Program-made: the position numbers and the translations under genes
In this document: positions 10,052 through 18,258 of the stretch, piece by piece
How positions within the stretch are numbered: position 1 is the first letter of the stretch
Layout: every line of letters starts with the position of its first letter
Assembly (NCBI GenBank): GCA_025361505.1
Contig: JANYKZ010000103.1
Span: forward strand, 1-55,991
Length of the DNA: 55,991 nt
From: Coriobacteriia bacterium
GTDB lineage: Bacteria; Actinomycetota; Coriobacteriia; Anaerosomatales; PALSA-660
Direction of reading: 5' to 3'
The notes under the pieces: generated by a model
Database searches by the model: none
What the model was told of the DNA's origin: nothing
The model's input: only the letters and a program-made list of their open reading frames with translations

Positions 10052-10470
10052 GGTGTCTCCGCGAGCTCGAAGCTCTTGCGGAGCGGGAAGGTCGTGGCGT
10101 CGTCGGGCTGCAGGATGCGGCTCATGTCGGGATGGCCCTCGAACACCACGCCGAACAGGTCGTAGACCTCGCGCTCGCCGAACTCGGCGGGCGGATAGAC
10201 GTCCGACAGCGTCGGCGCCAGCAGGCGGTCGTTCAGACACGAGGTGCGTACCGAGAGCTGCTCCGAGGGGGAGGACAGCAGCCAGCACACGAGCTCGACG
10301 GCGTCGATTCGGTCGAGTGCCGTGATGTCGGAGAACTCGAGGCCGAGAGCGGCCAGATCGGCGTGAAGGCCCGCCCACGCGTCGACCGAGACGTCGGCGC
10401 GCGGGTCGAAGCCGCTCTCGTCGAGCGTCGCGGCATGGCGGGCGAGCGCGTCGAGGACGTCAGCCCTCAT
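10045..10470 (-). CDS. nuoC: NADH-quinone oxidoreductase subunit C (30 kDa), short form
   Basis: Contains [22 protein letters not shown]. Start taken at MRADVLDAL (Met21), which overlaps the nuoB 3' end by 11 nt. Confidence 0.8.
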   Translation of the reverse strand: MRADVLDALARHAATLDESGFDPRADVSVDAWAGLHADLAALGLEFSDITALDRIDAVELVCWLLSSPSEQLSVRTSCLNDRLLAPTLSDVYPPAEFGEREVYDLFGVVFEGHPDMSRILQPDDATTFPLRKSFELAETPW

Positions 10471-11083
10471 CGCGCACCTCCCCGACGTCGCGGGATCCGC
10501 CTTCGGACGAGTCGTCGGCCGGGAGCACACCGAACTGCCGCAACAGCTCGTCCGGCCACTCCTCGCCCAGGTCCGGCGGCACGTAGAGCGCCTTGTTGCG
10601 CGCAGCGCTGCCGATGAAGCTCGTGTTCGCGATCTGCTCCTTGAGCTTGAGACAGCCGTAGATGAGCGCTTCGGGCCGCGGCGGGCACCCGGGGATGTAG
10701 ACGTCGACGGGCAGGAAGGTGTCGCAGCCGGGAAGCACGTTGTAGGAGTCGGCGAACGCGCCGCCGCTGATGGCGCAGCTGCCCATGGCGATGACCCAGC
10801 GCGGTTCCGCCATCTGGTTGTACACGCGCTGCACGATCGGCTGCATCTTCTTCGTGATCGGGCCGGGGACGATGAGCACGTCCGCCTGCCGCGGGGAGGA
10901 GCGGAACATGATGCCGAAGCGGTCGAAGTCGTAGCGCCCCGCGCCGGTGGTCATCATCTCGAGCGAACAGCACGCGATGCCGGCGTTCACCGGCCACATC
11001 GAGCGGCTGCGACCCCAGCGGAGGAGCTTGTCGAGGGTCGTCGTGATGAAGCCCGCCTCTTCGGCGCGGTCGACTATGCCCAC
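10460..11083 (-). CDS. nuoB: NADH-quinone oxidoreductase subunit B (N2 cluster), with acidic C-terminal extension
   Basis: N2-cluster ligand motifs are present: [15 protein letters not shown] and GCPPRPEAL. There is no in-frame ATG near the N-terminus, so I use the GTG at 11083 ([16 protein letters not shown]...), which overlaps the nuoA 3' end. The rest of track ORF 10460..11527 is an Arg-rich artefact. Confidence 0.85.
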   Translation of the reverse strand: MGIVDRAEEAGFITTTLDKLLRWGRSRSMWPVNAGIACCSLEMMTTGAGRYDFDRFGIMFRSSPRQADVLIVPGPITKKMQPIVQRVYNQMAEPRWVIAMGSCAISGGAFADSYNVLPGCDTFLPVDVYIPGCPPRPEALIYGCLKLKEQIANTSFIGSAARNKALYVPPDLGEEWPDELLRQFGVLPADDSSEGGSRDVGEVRDEG

Positions 11084-11433
11084 TTGAGCACCCCCTTGCG
11101 CCAGGCGTAGAGGAGCCCGACCAGCAGGACGATGACGAATGCGGCCATCTCGATGTAACCGACCCATCCCAGCGAGCGCGCCACCAGTCCCCACGGGTAG
11201 AGGAAGGCCGTCTCGATGTCGAAGATCAGGAAGACCAGCGCTACGCCGTAGTACTGCACGCGGAAGGGCACGCGCGGATCTCCGACGGGCTCGTGGCCGC
11301 ACTCGTAGACCGCGTCCTTGAGAGGGTACGGGTTCTTCGGCGCAAGGAGCGCGACCACGCCGTAGAGCGCGAGCACGAAGATGACGCCGACGGCGCAGGC
11401 GAGAGCGGCGACGAGGATGGTGCTCGCAGACAT
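11074..11433 (-). CDS. nuoA: NADH-quinone oxidoreductase subunit A
   Basis: 119 aa with three TM helices and [10 protein letters not shown]...[14 protein letters not shown]. It is the first gene of the operon. Confidence 0.9.
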   Translation of the reverse strand: MSASTILVAALACAVGVIFVLALYGVVALLAPKNPYPLKDAVYECGHEPVGDPRVPFRVQYYGVALVFLIFDIETAFLYPWGLVARSLGWVGYIEMAAFVIVLLVGLLYAWRKGVLKWA

Positions 11434-11544
11434 CGTTGCCGACCCCCTTTGTCACTCGCGTGTCCGGCGCTTTTGGTTGAGATTCGACCCCGGGAGGCGT
11501 TTCCCTGCCCGAAGACCGTGCCGTCATGCTCGCGCGAACGCGAA

Positions 11545-11576
11545 AAGGGCCCCCGGCGCGGATGCCGGGGGCCCTT
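11545..11576 (-). terminator. intrinsic terminator downstream of hppA
   Basis: Perfect 13-bp GC stem, aagggcccccggc / gccgggggccctt, with a 6-nt loop. On the minus strand the stem runs into a UUUUCG tract. It lies 19 nt after the hppA stop. Confidence 0.75.
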
Positions 11577-11594
11577 CGACTGCGAGGAGCGGCT

Positions 11595-13853
11595 CTACTT
11601 GGGGATGTTGATGAACAGCGGAGCCAGGACGAGCGTGATCGTCGCGAGCAGCTTGATGAGCACGTGCAGGGACGGGCCGGCGGTGTCCTTGAACGGGTCG
11701 CCGACCGTGTCGCCTACGACGGCGGCCTTGTGCGTGTCGGAGCCCTTGCCGCCAGCGAAGCCCATCTCGATGTACTTCTTCGCGTTGTCCCACGCGCCGC
11801 CGCCGTTGTTGAGGAACAGCGCCATCAGCACACCGACGATCGTGCCGACCATGAGCATCGCAGCGACGGTCTCTCCACCGGCGTTGAACACGACGCGGAA
11901 GAGGACGCCGACGACGACGGGCATGCCGACCGCGAGCAGACCCGGAAGGACCATCTCGCGCAGCGCGGACTTGGTCACGAGGTCGACGGTGCGGCCGTAG
12001 TTCGGCTTGGAGGTGCCGGCGAGGATGCCCGCGTCCTCCTTGAACTGCGCACGCACGTCGGCGATGACCGCGGAGGCGGCCTTGCCGACCGCGCGGATGG
12101 CGAGCGAGGAGAACAGGAACACGAGCATGCCGCCGAGCAGTGCGCCGACGAACAGCTTCGGGTCGGCGATGTTGACGATGTACTGCGTCTTCACGCCGAC
12201 GGCCTGCGTCATGCCGTTCGCGGTCACGGTCTGCGTGCCGCCGATGACGCCGCCCAGGTTAAGGCCGTAGTTCTTGAGCTCGTCCAGGTAGGCCGAGAAG
12301 AGCAGGAACGCGGCGAGCGCGGCGGAACCGACCGCGTAGCCCTTCGTGAGGGCCTTGGTCGTGTTGCCGACCGAGTCGAGGCGGTCGGACTTCTCGCGGA
12401 CCTCAGCGGGCTGGCCGGACATCTCGATGATGCCGCCGGCGTTGTCCGCGATCGGGCCGAAGGTGTCCATCGCGAGCACGTAGCCGGCGGTGGACAGCAT
12501 GCCCATCGTGGCGACGGCGGTGCCGAACAGGCCCGCGTCCGGCAGGCCGGAGGACTGGCCCAGCGCGTAGGCGGCAAGGATCGCGACGCCGATGACGATG
12601 ACGGGCAGCGCGGTCGACTCCATGCCGACGGCGATGCCGGCGATGATGTTGGTCGCGGGGCCGGTCTTGGAGGCCTCGGCGATCGACATGACCGGGCGGT
12701 ACCGGAACTCGGTGTAGTACTGGGTGATGAACACGTAGAGCAGCGCCGTGATGATGCCGACGATGCCCGCCAGCAGGAAGTGCCACCAGGCGTCAGGGGC
12801 GGTCGTCGAGTAGAGCAGCCAGCGGCTGGCGATGGCCAGGCCGATGATGGCGAGGACCGTCGAGACGTAGAAGCCGCGGTTGAGCGACTTCATCGGGTCC
12901 TCGTCACCGCGGACCTTGACGATCAGCACGCCGATGATCGAGGCGACGATGCCGAACGAGCGCGCGACGAGCGGGAACAGCATGACGCCGACCACGCCCC
13001 ACGCGAAGTTGATGTTCGACTTGATGGCCAACGTCGCCATCGCGGCGCCGAGGATCATCGCGCCGATGTTCTCCGCGGCGGTCGACTCGAAGAGATCCGC
13101 GCCACGGCCGGCGCAGTCGCCGACGTTGTCGCCGACGAGGTCCGCGATGACGGCCGGGTTGCGGGGGTCGTCTTCGGGGATGCCGGCCTCGACCTTGCCG
13201 ACGAGGTCGGCTCCGACGTCCGCGGCCTTGGTGTAGATACCGCCGCCGAGCTGGGCGAAGAGTGCGACGAACGAGGCGCCGAAGCCGTAGCCGACGATCA
13301 GCAGCGGGGTCTTGGCCAGGTCCGCGACGGCGACGCCGCCGAAGTAGTGCGCCGCGGCGTAGAGCCCGCCGACGCCGATGAGCGACATCGCGACGACCAT
13401 CAGGCCGGAGACGGCGCCCGCGCGCAGCGCGACCTGGAGGCCGTCATTGACGCTGCGGAGCGTTCCCGCGGCGGTGCGGATGTTGGCGCGGATCGAGATC
13501 CACATGCCGACGTAGCCCGCGATCAGCGAGCACAGCGCGCCGAGCAGGAACGACAGGGTGGTCCAGAACGCCATCGACAGCGCGTTGTTGGCCACCGGGT
13601 CGAAGGCCTGGCCCCCGCGGAGCAGATAGCCGCCGAACAGCACGACGGCGAAGCCCACCGCCAGGTAGATGATCGTCTTGAACTGCCGGGCCATGAAGGC
13701 CTCGGCGCCCTCTTTGATGGCATCCGAGATCAGGCGCATCTTGTCGGTGCCGGTATCCCGCTTCAGAACCCACCTTGCGAGCAGCCAGGCCGTGACAAGG
13801 CCCAGGATGCCGAATGCAAGGATCAGTACGAGCAGGATCTCCTGCTGTCCCAT
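11595..13853 (-). CDS. hppA: membrane-bound proton-translocating pyrophosphatase (K+-independent type signature)
   Basis: 752-aa polytopic ORF with [27 protein letters not shown] and [10 protein letters not shown]. The Lys and Thr in the GNTT(A/K)A.(G/T)KG motif are the established K+-independent signature. Confidence 0.95.
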   Translation of the reverse strand: MGQQEILLVLILAFGILGLVTAWLLARWVLKRDTGTDKMRLISDAIKEGAEAFMARQFKTIIYLAVGFAVVLFGGYLLRGGQAFDPVANNALSMAFWTTLSFLLGALCSLIAGYVGMWISIRANIRTAAGTLRSVNDGLQVALRAGAVSGLMVVAMSLIGVGGLYAAAHYFGGVAVADLAKTPLLIVGYGFGASFVALFAQLGGGIYTKAADVGADLVGKVEAGIPEDDPRNPAVIADLVGDNVGDCAGRGADLFESTAAENIGAMILGAAMATLAIKSNINFAWGVVGVMLFPLVARSFGIVASIIGVLIVKVRGDEDPMKSLNRGFYVSTVLAIIGLAIASRWLLYSTTAPDAWWHFLLAGIVGIITALLYVFITQYYTEFRYRPVMSIAEASKTGPATNIIAGIAVGMESTALPVIVIGVAILAAYALGQSSGLPDAGLFGTAVATMGMLSTAGYVLAMDTFGPIADNAGGIIEMSGQPAEVREKSDRLDSVGNTTKALTKGYAVGSAALAAFLLFSAYLDELKNYGLNLGGVIGGTQTVTANGMTQAVGVKTQYIVNIADPKLFVGALLGGMLVFLFSSLAIRAVGKAASAVIADVRAQFKEDAGILAGTSKPNYGRTVDLVTKSALREMVLPGLLAVGMPVVVGVLFRVVFNAGGETVAAMLMVGTIVGVLMALFLNNGGGAWDNAKKYIEMGFAGGKGSDTHKAAVVGDTVGDPFKDTAGPSLHVLIKLLATITLVLAPLFINIPK

Positions 13854-13919
13854 TGACGCCCCTTTCCGAAGTCCTACCGCTTCCTTTGCCCCGCGTCCCT
13901 GCGCATATGCGGTGACGGT

Positions 13920-13948
13920 TTAGTAACACGCAGGATTGTGAGCGTCAA
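13920..13948 (-). promoter_or_regulatory. candidate sigma-70-type promoter for hppA
   Basis: The minus strand reads TTGACG, a 17-nt spacer, then TACTAA. It lies about 67 nt upstream of the hppA ATG, in an unusually AT-richer patch. A CGCATATGCG palindrome follows it. Confidence 0.4.
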
Positions 13949-14039
13949 CCGCGAAGGTCTGGTTTCGCACGGCGGGGCCCGGACCGCCACGGCCCGGACC
14001 CCGCTCGAACGCTCGCGGCGTGCGACGCCGCAACCGCGT

Positions 14040-14510
14040 CTAGTAGAGCTTCACCAGCCACACGCCGTCCTTGAGAAGGACCGTGACGGTCTCATCCCGC
14101 TGCGTGTAGGTCCCGTTCGCCGGGTCGCTCAGCCACTGCAGCGACAACTTCACGACGGCGGTGTTCTTGTCCTTGGGATCGGGGTACGTGGTGGACACGA
14201 TCTTGACGTCCTTGTAGTAGGGCTTGTCCTTGTAGAGCGCCTTCTGGTCCGCGGCCTGCTTCTTGAAGGCGGCGACGTCGGTGGCGGTCATCGAGGTGTG
14301 GGTGGCGTTGTCGAGGATGCCCTGCGCGTCGTAGGCGGCAGTCGCGGCGAACATGCGCTGGACGGCGCCCTCGGGCCCACCGACCCCGGCTCCCGCCCCT
14401 CCGGAGCACCCCGAGGCGAGAAGCGTCCCCAGAACGAGAGCGGCGAGAGCGATGATGAGCCACGCCGAACGCGTGGACGGGGCGCCTGCGAGGCGATTCC
14501 TACGAAGCAT
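14040..14510 (-). CDS. hypothetical secreted lipoprotein (small NTF2-like/DUF4878-like fold suspected)
   Basis: Start trimmed to Met150 of the track ORF. The sequence MLRRNRLAGAPSTRSAWLIIALAALVLGTLLASGC... is a signal peptide with a lipobox Cys. The product is 156 aa with good GC3 bias. Confidence 0.7.
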   Translation of the reverse strand: MLRRNRLAGAPSTRSAWLIIALAALVLGTLLASGCSGGAGAGVGGPEGAVQRMFAATAAYDAQGILDNATHTSMTATDVAAFKKQAADQKALYKDKPYYKDVKIVSTTYPDPKDKNTAVVKLSLQWLSDPANGTYTQRDETVTVLLKDGVWLVKLY

Positions 14511-14575
14511 CCTGTGCTCTCCCGGCTCGATCGAAGGTCGTGGAACGCAGGCGGAAGTATAGCACCGGCCCCGGC

Positions 14576-15100
14576 CTATCCCGTGCCGTCCGGACCCCCG
14601 CCGGGCGCCCGAAGGCGGCCCAGCACGCCGGTGACCCGGCCCTCGGTCGCGCGCTCCGCGGTGATCGTTCGACCGTCCGGCAGCGTGGCCCGCGGCGCGA
14701 TCTCGAGCAGCGGCCTCACCACGAACTCCCGTTCCAGCATGCGGGGGTGCGGGACCGTGAGCTCGGGGGTCCCCAGCGCCTCGTCGCCGAAGAGCAGGAT
14801 GTCGAGGTCGATCGTCCGGGGACCGTAGCGCACGCCGGACTCGCGACCCAGCGCCCGCTCGATCTCCTTGCACGCACGCAACAGCGACAGCGGGTCGCCG
14901 CCGACCTCGAGGGCCGCGACCGCGTTGGCGTAGGAGGGCTGCTCGACGCCGCCCCAAGGCTCGGTCTCATAGACGCTCGACACGGTGACGACCCTCACGC
15001 CGGGGAGGGCGTCAAGCGCGCGAAGCGCCGCCTCCAGCGTGGCGAGGCGGTCGCCGAGGTTCGATCCGAGACCGATGTAAGCACGGGTCACGGCGGTCAC
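14576..15100 (-). CDS. folK: 2-amino-4-hydroxy-6-hydroxymethyldihydropteridine diphosphokinase (HPPK)
   Basis: VTAVTRAYIGLGSNLGDRL...VYETEPWGG...GPRTIDLDILLFG...PHPRM. The GTG start overlaps the upstream ORF stop (GTGA). The upstream part of track ORF 14576..15898 is an Arg-rich artefact. Confidence 0.9.
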   Translation of the reverse strand: MTAVTRAYIGLGSNLGDRLATLEAALRALDALPGVRVVTVSSVYETEPWGGVEQPSYANAVAALEVGGDPLSLLRACKEIERALGRESGVRYGPRTIDLDILLFGDEALGTPELTVPHPRMLEREFVVRPLLEIAPRATLPDGRTITAERATEGRVTGVLGRLRAPGGGPDGTG

Positions 15101-15807
15101 CGGACCATGAGCACGTATACGACGACCCCGACGGCGACGAGGACGCCGATCAATGCGAACGCGATCGCGGCGCCCGAGGGTCCGCCGGCGGCCATACTCT
15201 GGAGCCGCTGGTTGTCGGAGATCGTGGGATCGCCGATCCGGGGCGTCGGGCGGGTCCCGGTGTGGGCGAAGCCGAACTCGGCGTCGGCAGGTTCGGTGTC
15301 CAGAGCGGACGCCGGCTTGGGCTCGCGCGCCCAACCGTACGTGACTCCCTGAGGAGCGATGCCGTAGAGCACCTCGCGCGCCTTCGCGACCTGCGATGCG
15401 GGCACCTGCAGCGAGTAGACGCGCGCGCTCATGCCCGGGGGCATGAACCCCACCTCGTCCCCCGGGGCGTAGGGGTCCCAACCGACCGTGATCCCTTCGG
15501 AGTCGAGCGCGCGGGCGACGTCCTCCAGACCGGCGAGGCCGCCGGCCCCGTCGTGGGTCGCGACCGTCTGCCACGCCTCGTCGATCGCCGGCTTGGAGAC
15601 GGCGGGCTGTCCCTCGTCCCGCGCCACCGCGGCCTCGGCGGCCCTGAGCAGCGCCGGGTCCTCGATGTCCTCGGGCGTCTCTCCCATCGCCTGCAGGCTC
15701 TGGAAGAAGCCGACGAGCCCGCCGCTCGCGAGGCCGGCAGCCCGCGTCCGCGCCTTCGGGTCCTCTCCGCCGGCGGCGTCCGGACGGATCCCTCTGTCGT
15801 CGCTCAT
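15097..15807 (-). CDS. hypothetical tail-anchored protein with DUF2007-like (PII-like 'putative signal transducing') core
   Basis: 236 aa with good GC3 bias. A disordered acidic N-terminus is followed by WQTVATHDGAGGLAGLEDVARALDSEGITVGWDPY...ARVYSLQVPASQVAKAREVL, and then a single C-terminal TM helix, AAIAFALIGVLVAVGVVVYVLMV. It has an ATGA overlap with the folP stop and a GTGA overlap with the folK start. Confidence 0.65.
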   Translation of the reverse strand: MSDDRGIRPDAAGGEDPKARTRAAGLASGGLVGFFQSLQAMGETPEDIEDPALLRAAEAAVARDEGQPAVSKPAIDEAWQTVATHDGAGGLAGLEDVARALDSEGITVGWDPYAPGDEVGFMPPGMSARVYSLQVPASQVAKAREVLYGIAPQGVTYGWAREPKPASALDTEPADAEFGFAHTGTRPTPRIGDPTISDNQRLQSMAAGGPSGAAIAFALIGVLVAVGVVVYVLMVR

Positions 15808-16649
15808 CGCTCTCCCATCCCATCGCGCACGGCCCGCGCGGTCGCGAGCGCCTGCACCGTCTCCGCCACATCGTGTACGCGCACGATCCCCGCGCCACGC
15901 TCGACCGCGGCGAGCGCTGCCGCGATCGATCCGGCCAGCCGCTCGCGCGGCTCGGCCACGCCCGTGATCTCCCCGAGGAACCGCTTGCGGGAGGCGCCTA
16001 CCAGCACGGGGTACCCGAGCGCCACGATCTCGTCCAGGCGGCGCAGCAACTCGAGGTTGTGAGCGGTCGTCTTGCCGAACCCGATCCCCGGGTCCAGGGC
16101 GATGCGCTCTCGATCGACGCCCGCGGCCACCAGCAGCTCCGCCTGAGCGAGCAGGAGCGCCGCGACCTCAGCGACGACGTCGTCGTAGTGCGGCTCGTCC
16201 TGCATCGTGCGCGGTTCTCCCCGCATGTGCATGACGACGAGTCCCGCGTCGCACGACGCGGCGAGCGCCCTCATCGCGGGATCGGAGAATCCGGAGACGT
16301 CGTTGATGACCGTCGCGCCGGCTTTCACGCACCCGGCGGCCACCGTCGCGTGCCGCGTGTCGACCGAGACGGCCACGCCGCGCGCCGCCAGGTCGCGCAC
16401 GACCGGCAGCACTCGCGCGAGTTCCTCGGCGGCCGGCACCTCACCTGAGCCGGGCCGGGTGGACTCCCCGCCGACGTCCACGAGATCGGCACCCGCGGCC
16501 ACCATGGCCCCGGCCGACAGGAGGGCGGAGCGCGGGTCGAAGTTCACGCCGCCGTCCGAGAAGGAATCGGGAGTGATGTTCACGATGCCCATGACAAGGG
16601 TGCGATCGAGCGAGAGCAGGTGCGCGCCGCAGCGCCAGACGCCCGGCAC
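15804..16649 (-). CDS. folP: dihydropteroate synthase
   Basis: MGIVNITPDSFSDGG...DVGGESTRPG...DPGIGFGKT...GASRKRF. Start placed at the GTG at 16649, which overlaps the folE TAG by 1 nt. The alternative ATG is at 16592. Confidence 0.9.
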   Translation of the reverse strand: MPGVWRCGAHLLSLDRTLVMGIVNITPDSFSDGGVNFDPRSALLSAGAMVAAGADLVDVGGESTRPGSGEVPAAEELARVLPVVRDLAARGVAVSVDTRHATVAAGCVKAGATVINDVSGFSDPAMRALAASCDAGLVVMHMRGEPRTMQDEPHYDDVVAEVAALLLAQAELLVAAGVDRERIALDPGIGFGKTTAHNLELLRRLDEIVALGYPVLVGASRKRFLGEITGVAEPRERLAGSIAAALAAVERGAGIVRVHDVAETVQALATARAVRDGMGER

Positions 16650-17212
16650 TAGCGGCCCTTGATGAGCGACATCGCTTCGGCGCGCGTGGCCGCCTTCGTG
16701 CGGAAGATGCCGCGCACGGCCGAGGTCGTCGTGATCGCCCCGGGCTTCTCGACGCCGCGCATCGACATGCACAGGTGCTCGGCCTCGATGACGACGATCA
16801 CGCCCTGGGGGGCGAGGTGCTCGACGATGGTGTCCGCTATCTGGGAGGTCAGCCGCTCCTGGACCTGCGGCCGTTTGGCGAAGACGTCGACCACGCGCGC
16901 CAGCTTCGACAGACCGCAGATGCGACCGTCGGCCCCGGGGATGTAGGCGACGTGTGCGCGACCCACGAACGGAAGCAGGTGATGTTCGCACACGGAGTAC
17001 AGCGGGATGTCGCGCACCAGCACCATCTCCTGGTGGCCCTCGCCGAAGGTCACGGACAGGTGGGAACCGGCGTCCTGAGCAAGTCCCGCGAAGATCTCCT
17101 CGTACATAGCCGCGACCCGGCGGGGTGTCTCGAGCAGGCCTTCGCGGTTCAGGTCCTCCCCGACACCCTCGAGGATGAGCCGGACCCCGGCCTCGATCTT
17201 GTCGCTGTCCAT
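16649..17212 (-). CDS. folE: GTP cyclohydrolase I
   Basis: 187 aa with [29 protein letters not shown] and HLCMSMRGV. Confidence 0.95.
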   Translation of the reverse strand: MDSDKIEAGVRLILEGVGEDLNREGLLETPRRVAAMYEEIFAGLAQDAGSHLSVTFGEGHQEMVLVRDIPLYSVCEHHLLPFVGRAHVAYIPGADGRICGLSKLARVVDVFAKRPQVQERLTSQIADTIVEHLAPQGVIVVIEAEHLCMSMRGVEKPGAITTTSAVRGIFRTKAATRAEAMSLIKGR

Positions 17213-17333
17213 CGCACGTCCCTTCCCGGCCGTCGGGCCGCGCTGGAGACGCGACCCCTCCCTGACAGGGTACCCGACGTCGCGTAGGTGTCCCGCCGGG
17301 ACCGCGTGTCCGCCGGCGGACCAGAGATGGACC

Positions 17334-18257
17334 CTAGAAGAGCCCCGCGATCTTCACCGCCGCAGGTCCGAGGATCACGATGATCGTCGCCGGGAGGATG
17401 CATGCCACCAGCGGGATGACCATCTTGACCGGCGCCTTCTGGGCCAGCTCCTCGGCGCGCTGGCGTCGGCGCAAGCGCAGTTCGCCGGCCTGGGTGTGCA
17501 GCACGTGGGCGATCGAGATGCCGAACATGTCGGCCTGTATGATCGCGGCGGTGAACGCCGCCAGCTCGCTTACCTGCACACGCTCAGCCAGATCGCGCAG
17601 GGCCTCCTTGCGGCTGGACCCCGCTTGCACGTCCTGCAGCGCGCGCCCGAACTCGCGCGCGAGCGCCCCTCCGGTGTTGCGGACGAGCTTGGCCAGCGCC
17701 GCGTCGAACCCGAGCCCGGCCTCCACGCTGATGGTCAGCATGTCGAGCATGTCGGGCAGGTCGCGCACGATCTCCTCTTGGTACTTCTGCACGCGATGCG
17801 ACAGCCACAGATCCGGGACGAAGAACATGAACAGGGAGAGGCCGAGCACCGCGAGCACCTTGATCCCCGGCGCCCACGGCGCGACGATCGCGACGGCCGT
17901 CATCACGCCGGCCCCGCCGAGCAGACCCGCCACCTTCGCCACCAGCAGACGATCGACCGCGATACCGCGCGGGTTGCCGGCGCGCACGAGCTGCGTCGAC
18001 AGGCTCTCACGGTAGTCGGGTGGCCACAGTCGGCGTACGGCCGAGGTGAGCCCGGCCCCGAGTGGACGAATGACGCGCGTTCCGAAGGGCTGCAGCATCG
18101 GCTCCGCCACTGTTGCCTGACTGTGCTCGAAGGAGGTCAGGTCCTTCAGGCGACGGCGCACCCGGCGGTCTTCAGAGAAGACGAGGCCGAGCGTCGAGTA
18201 CGCGGTCAGCGTCACACCGGCGAAGACGAGAACGGCAATGATCGCTGGCGTCGCCAC
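17334..18257 (-). CDS. tadC: Flp pilus assembly platform protein TadC (T2SS F-domain)
   Basis: 307-aa membrane protein with a T2SSF-like region: [26 protein letters not shown]...[13 protein letters not shown]. Confidence 0.85.
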   Translation of the reverse strand: MATPAIIAVLVFAGVTLTAYSTLGLVFSEDRRVRRRLKDLTSFEHSQATVAEPMLQPFGTRVIRPLGAGLTSAVRRLWPPDYRESLSTQLVRAGNPRGIAVDRLLVAKVAGLLGGAGVMTAVAIVAPWAPGIKVLAVLGLSLFMFFVPDLWLSHRVQKYQEEIVRDLPDMLDMLTISVEAGLGFDAALAKLVRNTGGALAREFGRALQDVQAGSSRKEALRDLAERVQVSELAAFTAAIIQADMFGISIAHVLHTQAGELRLRRRQRAEELAQKAPVKMVIPLVACILPATIIVILGPAAVKIAGLF

Positions 18258-18258
18258 G

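Noticed and set aside
15101-15898. Possibility that the long ORF 14576..15898 encodes a FolB-FolK fusion.
   Set aside because: The region upstream of the HPPK domain translates to Arg-rich nonsense. It also overlaps, in a different frame, the well-behaved 236-aa ORF at 15097..15807. No dihydroneopterin aldolase-like sequence is visible.
17213-17333. THF- or ZTP-type riboswitch in the folE leader, and twin small palindromes (gtcccgccgggac at ~17290-17302, gtccgccggcggac at ~17308-17321) after tadC.
   Set aside because: I could not recognise the conserved cores of either riboswitch class by eye. The palindromes have stems of only ~5 bp with minimal loops, which is too weak to call a terminator. 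An Infernal/Rfam scan would settle it.
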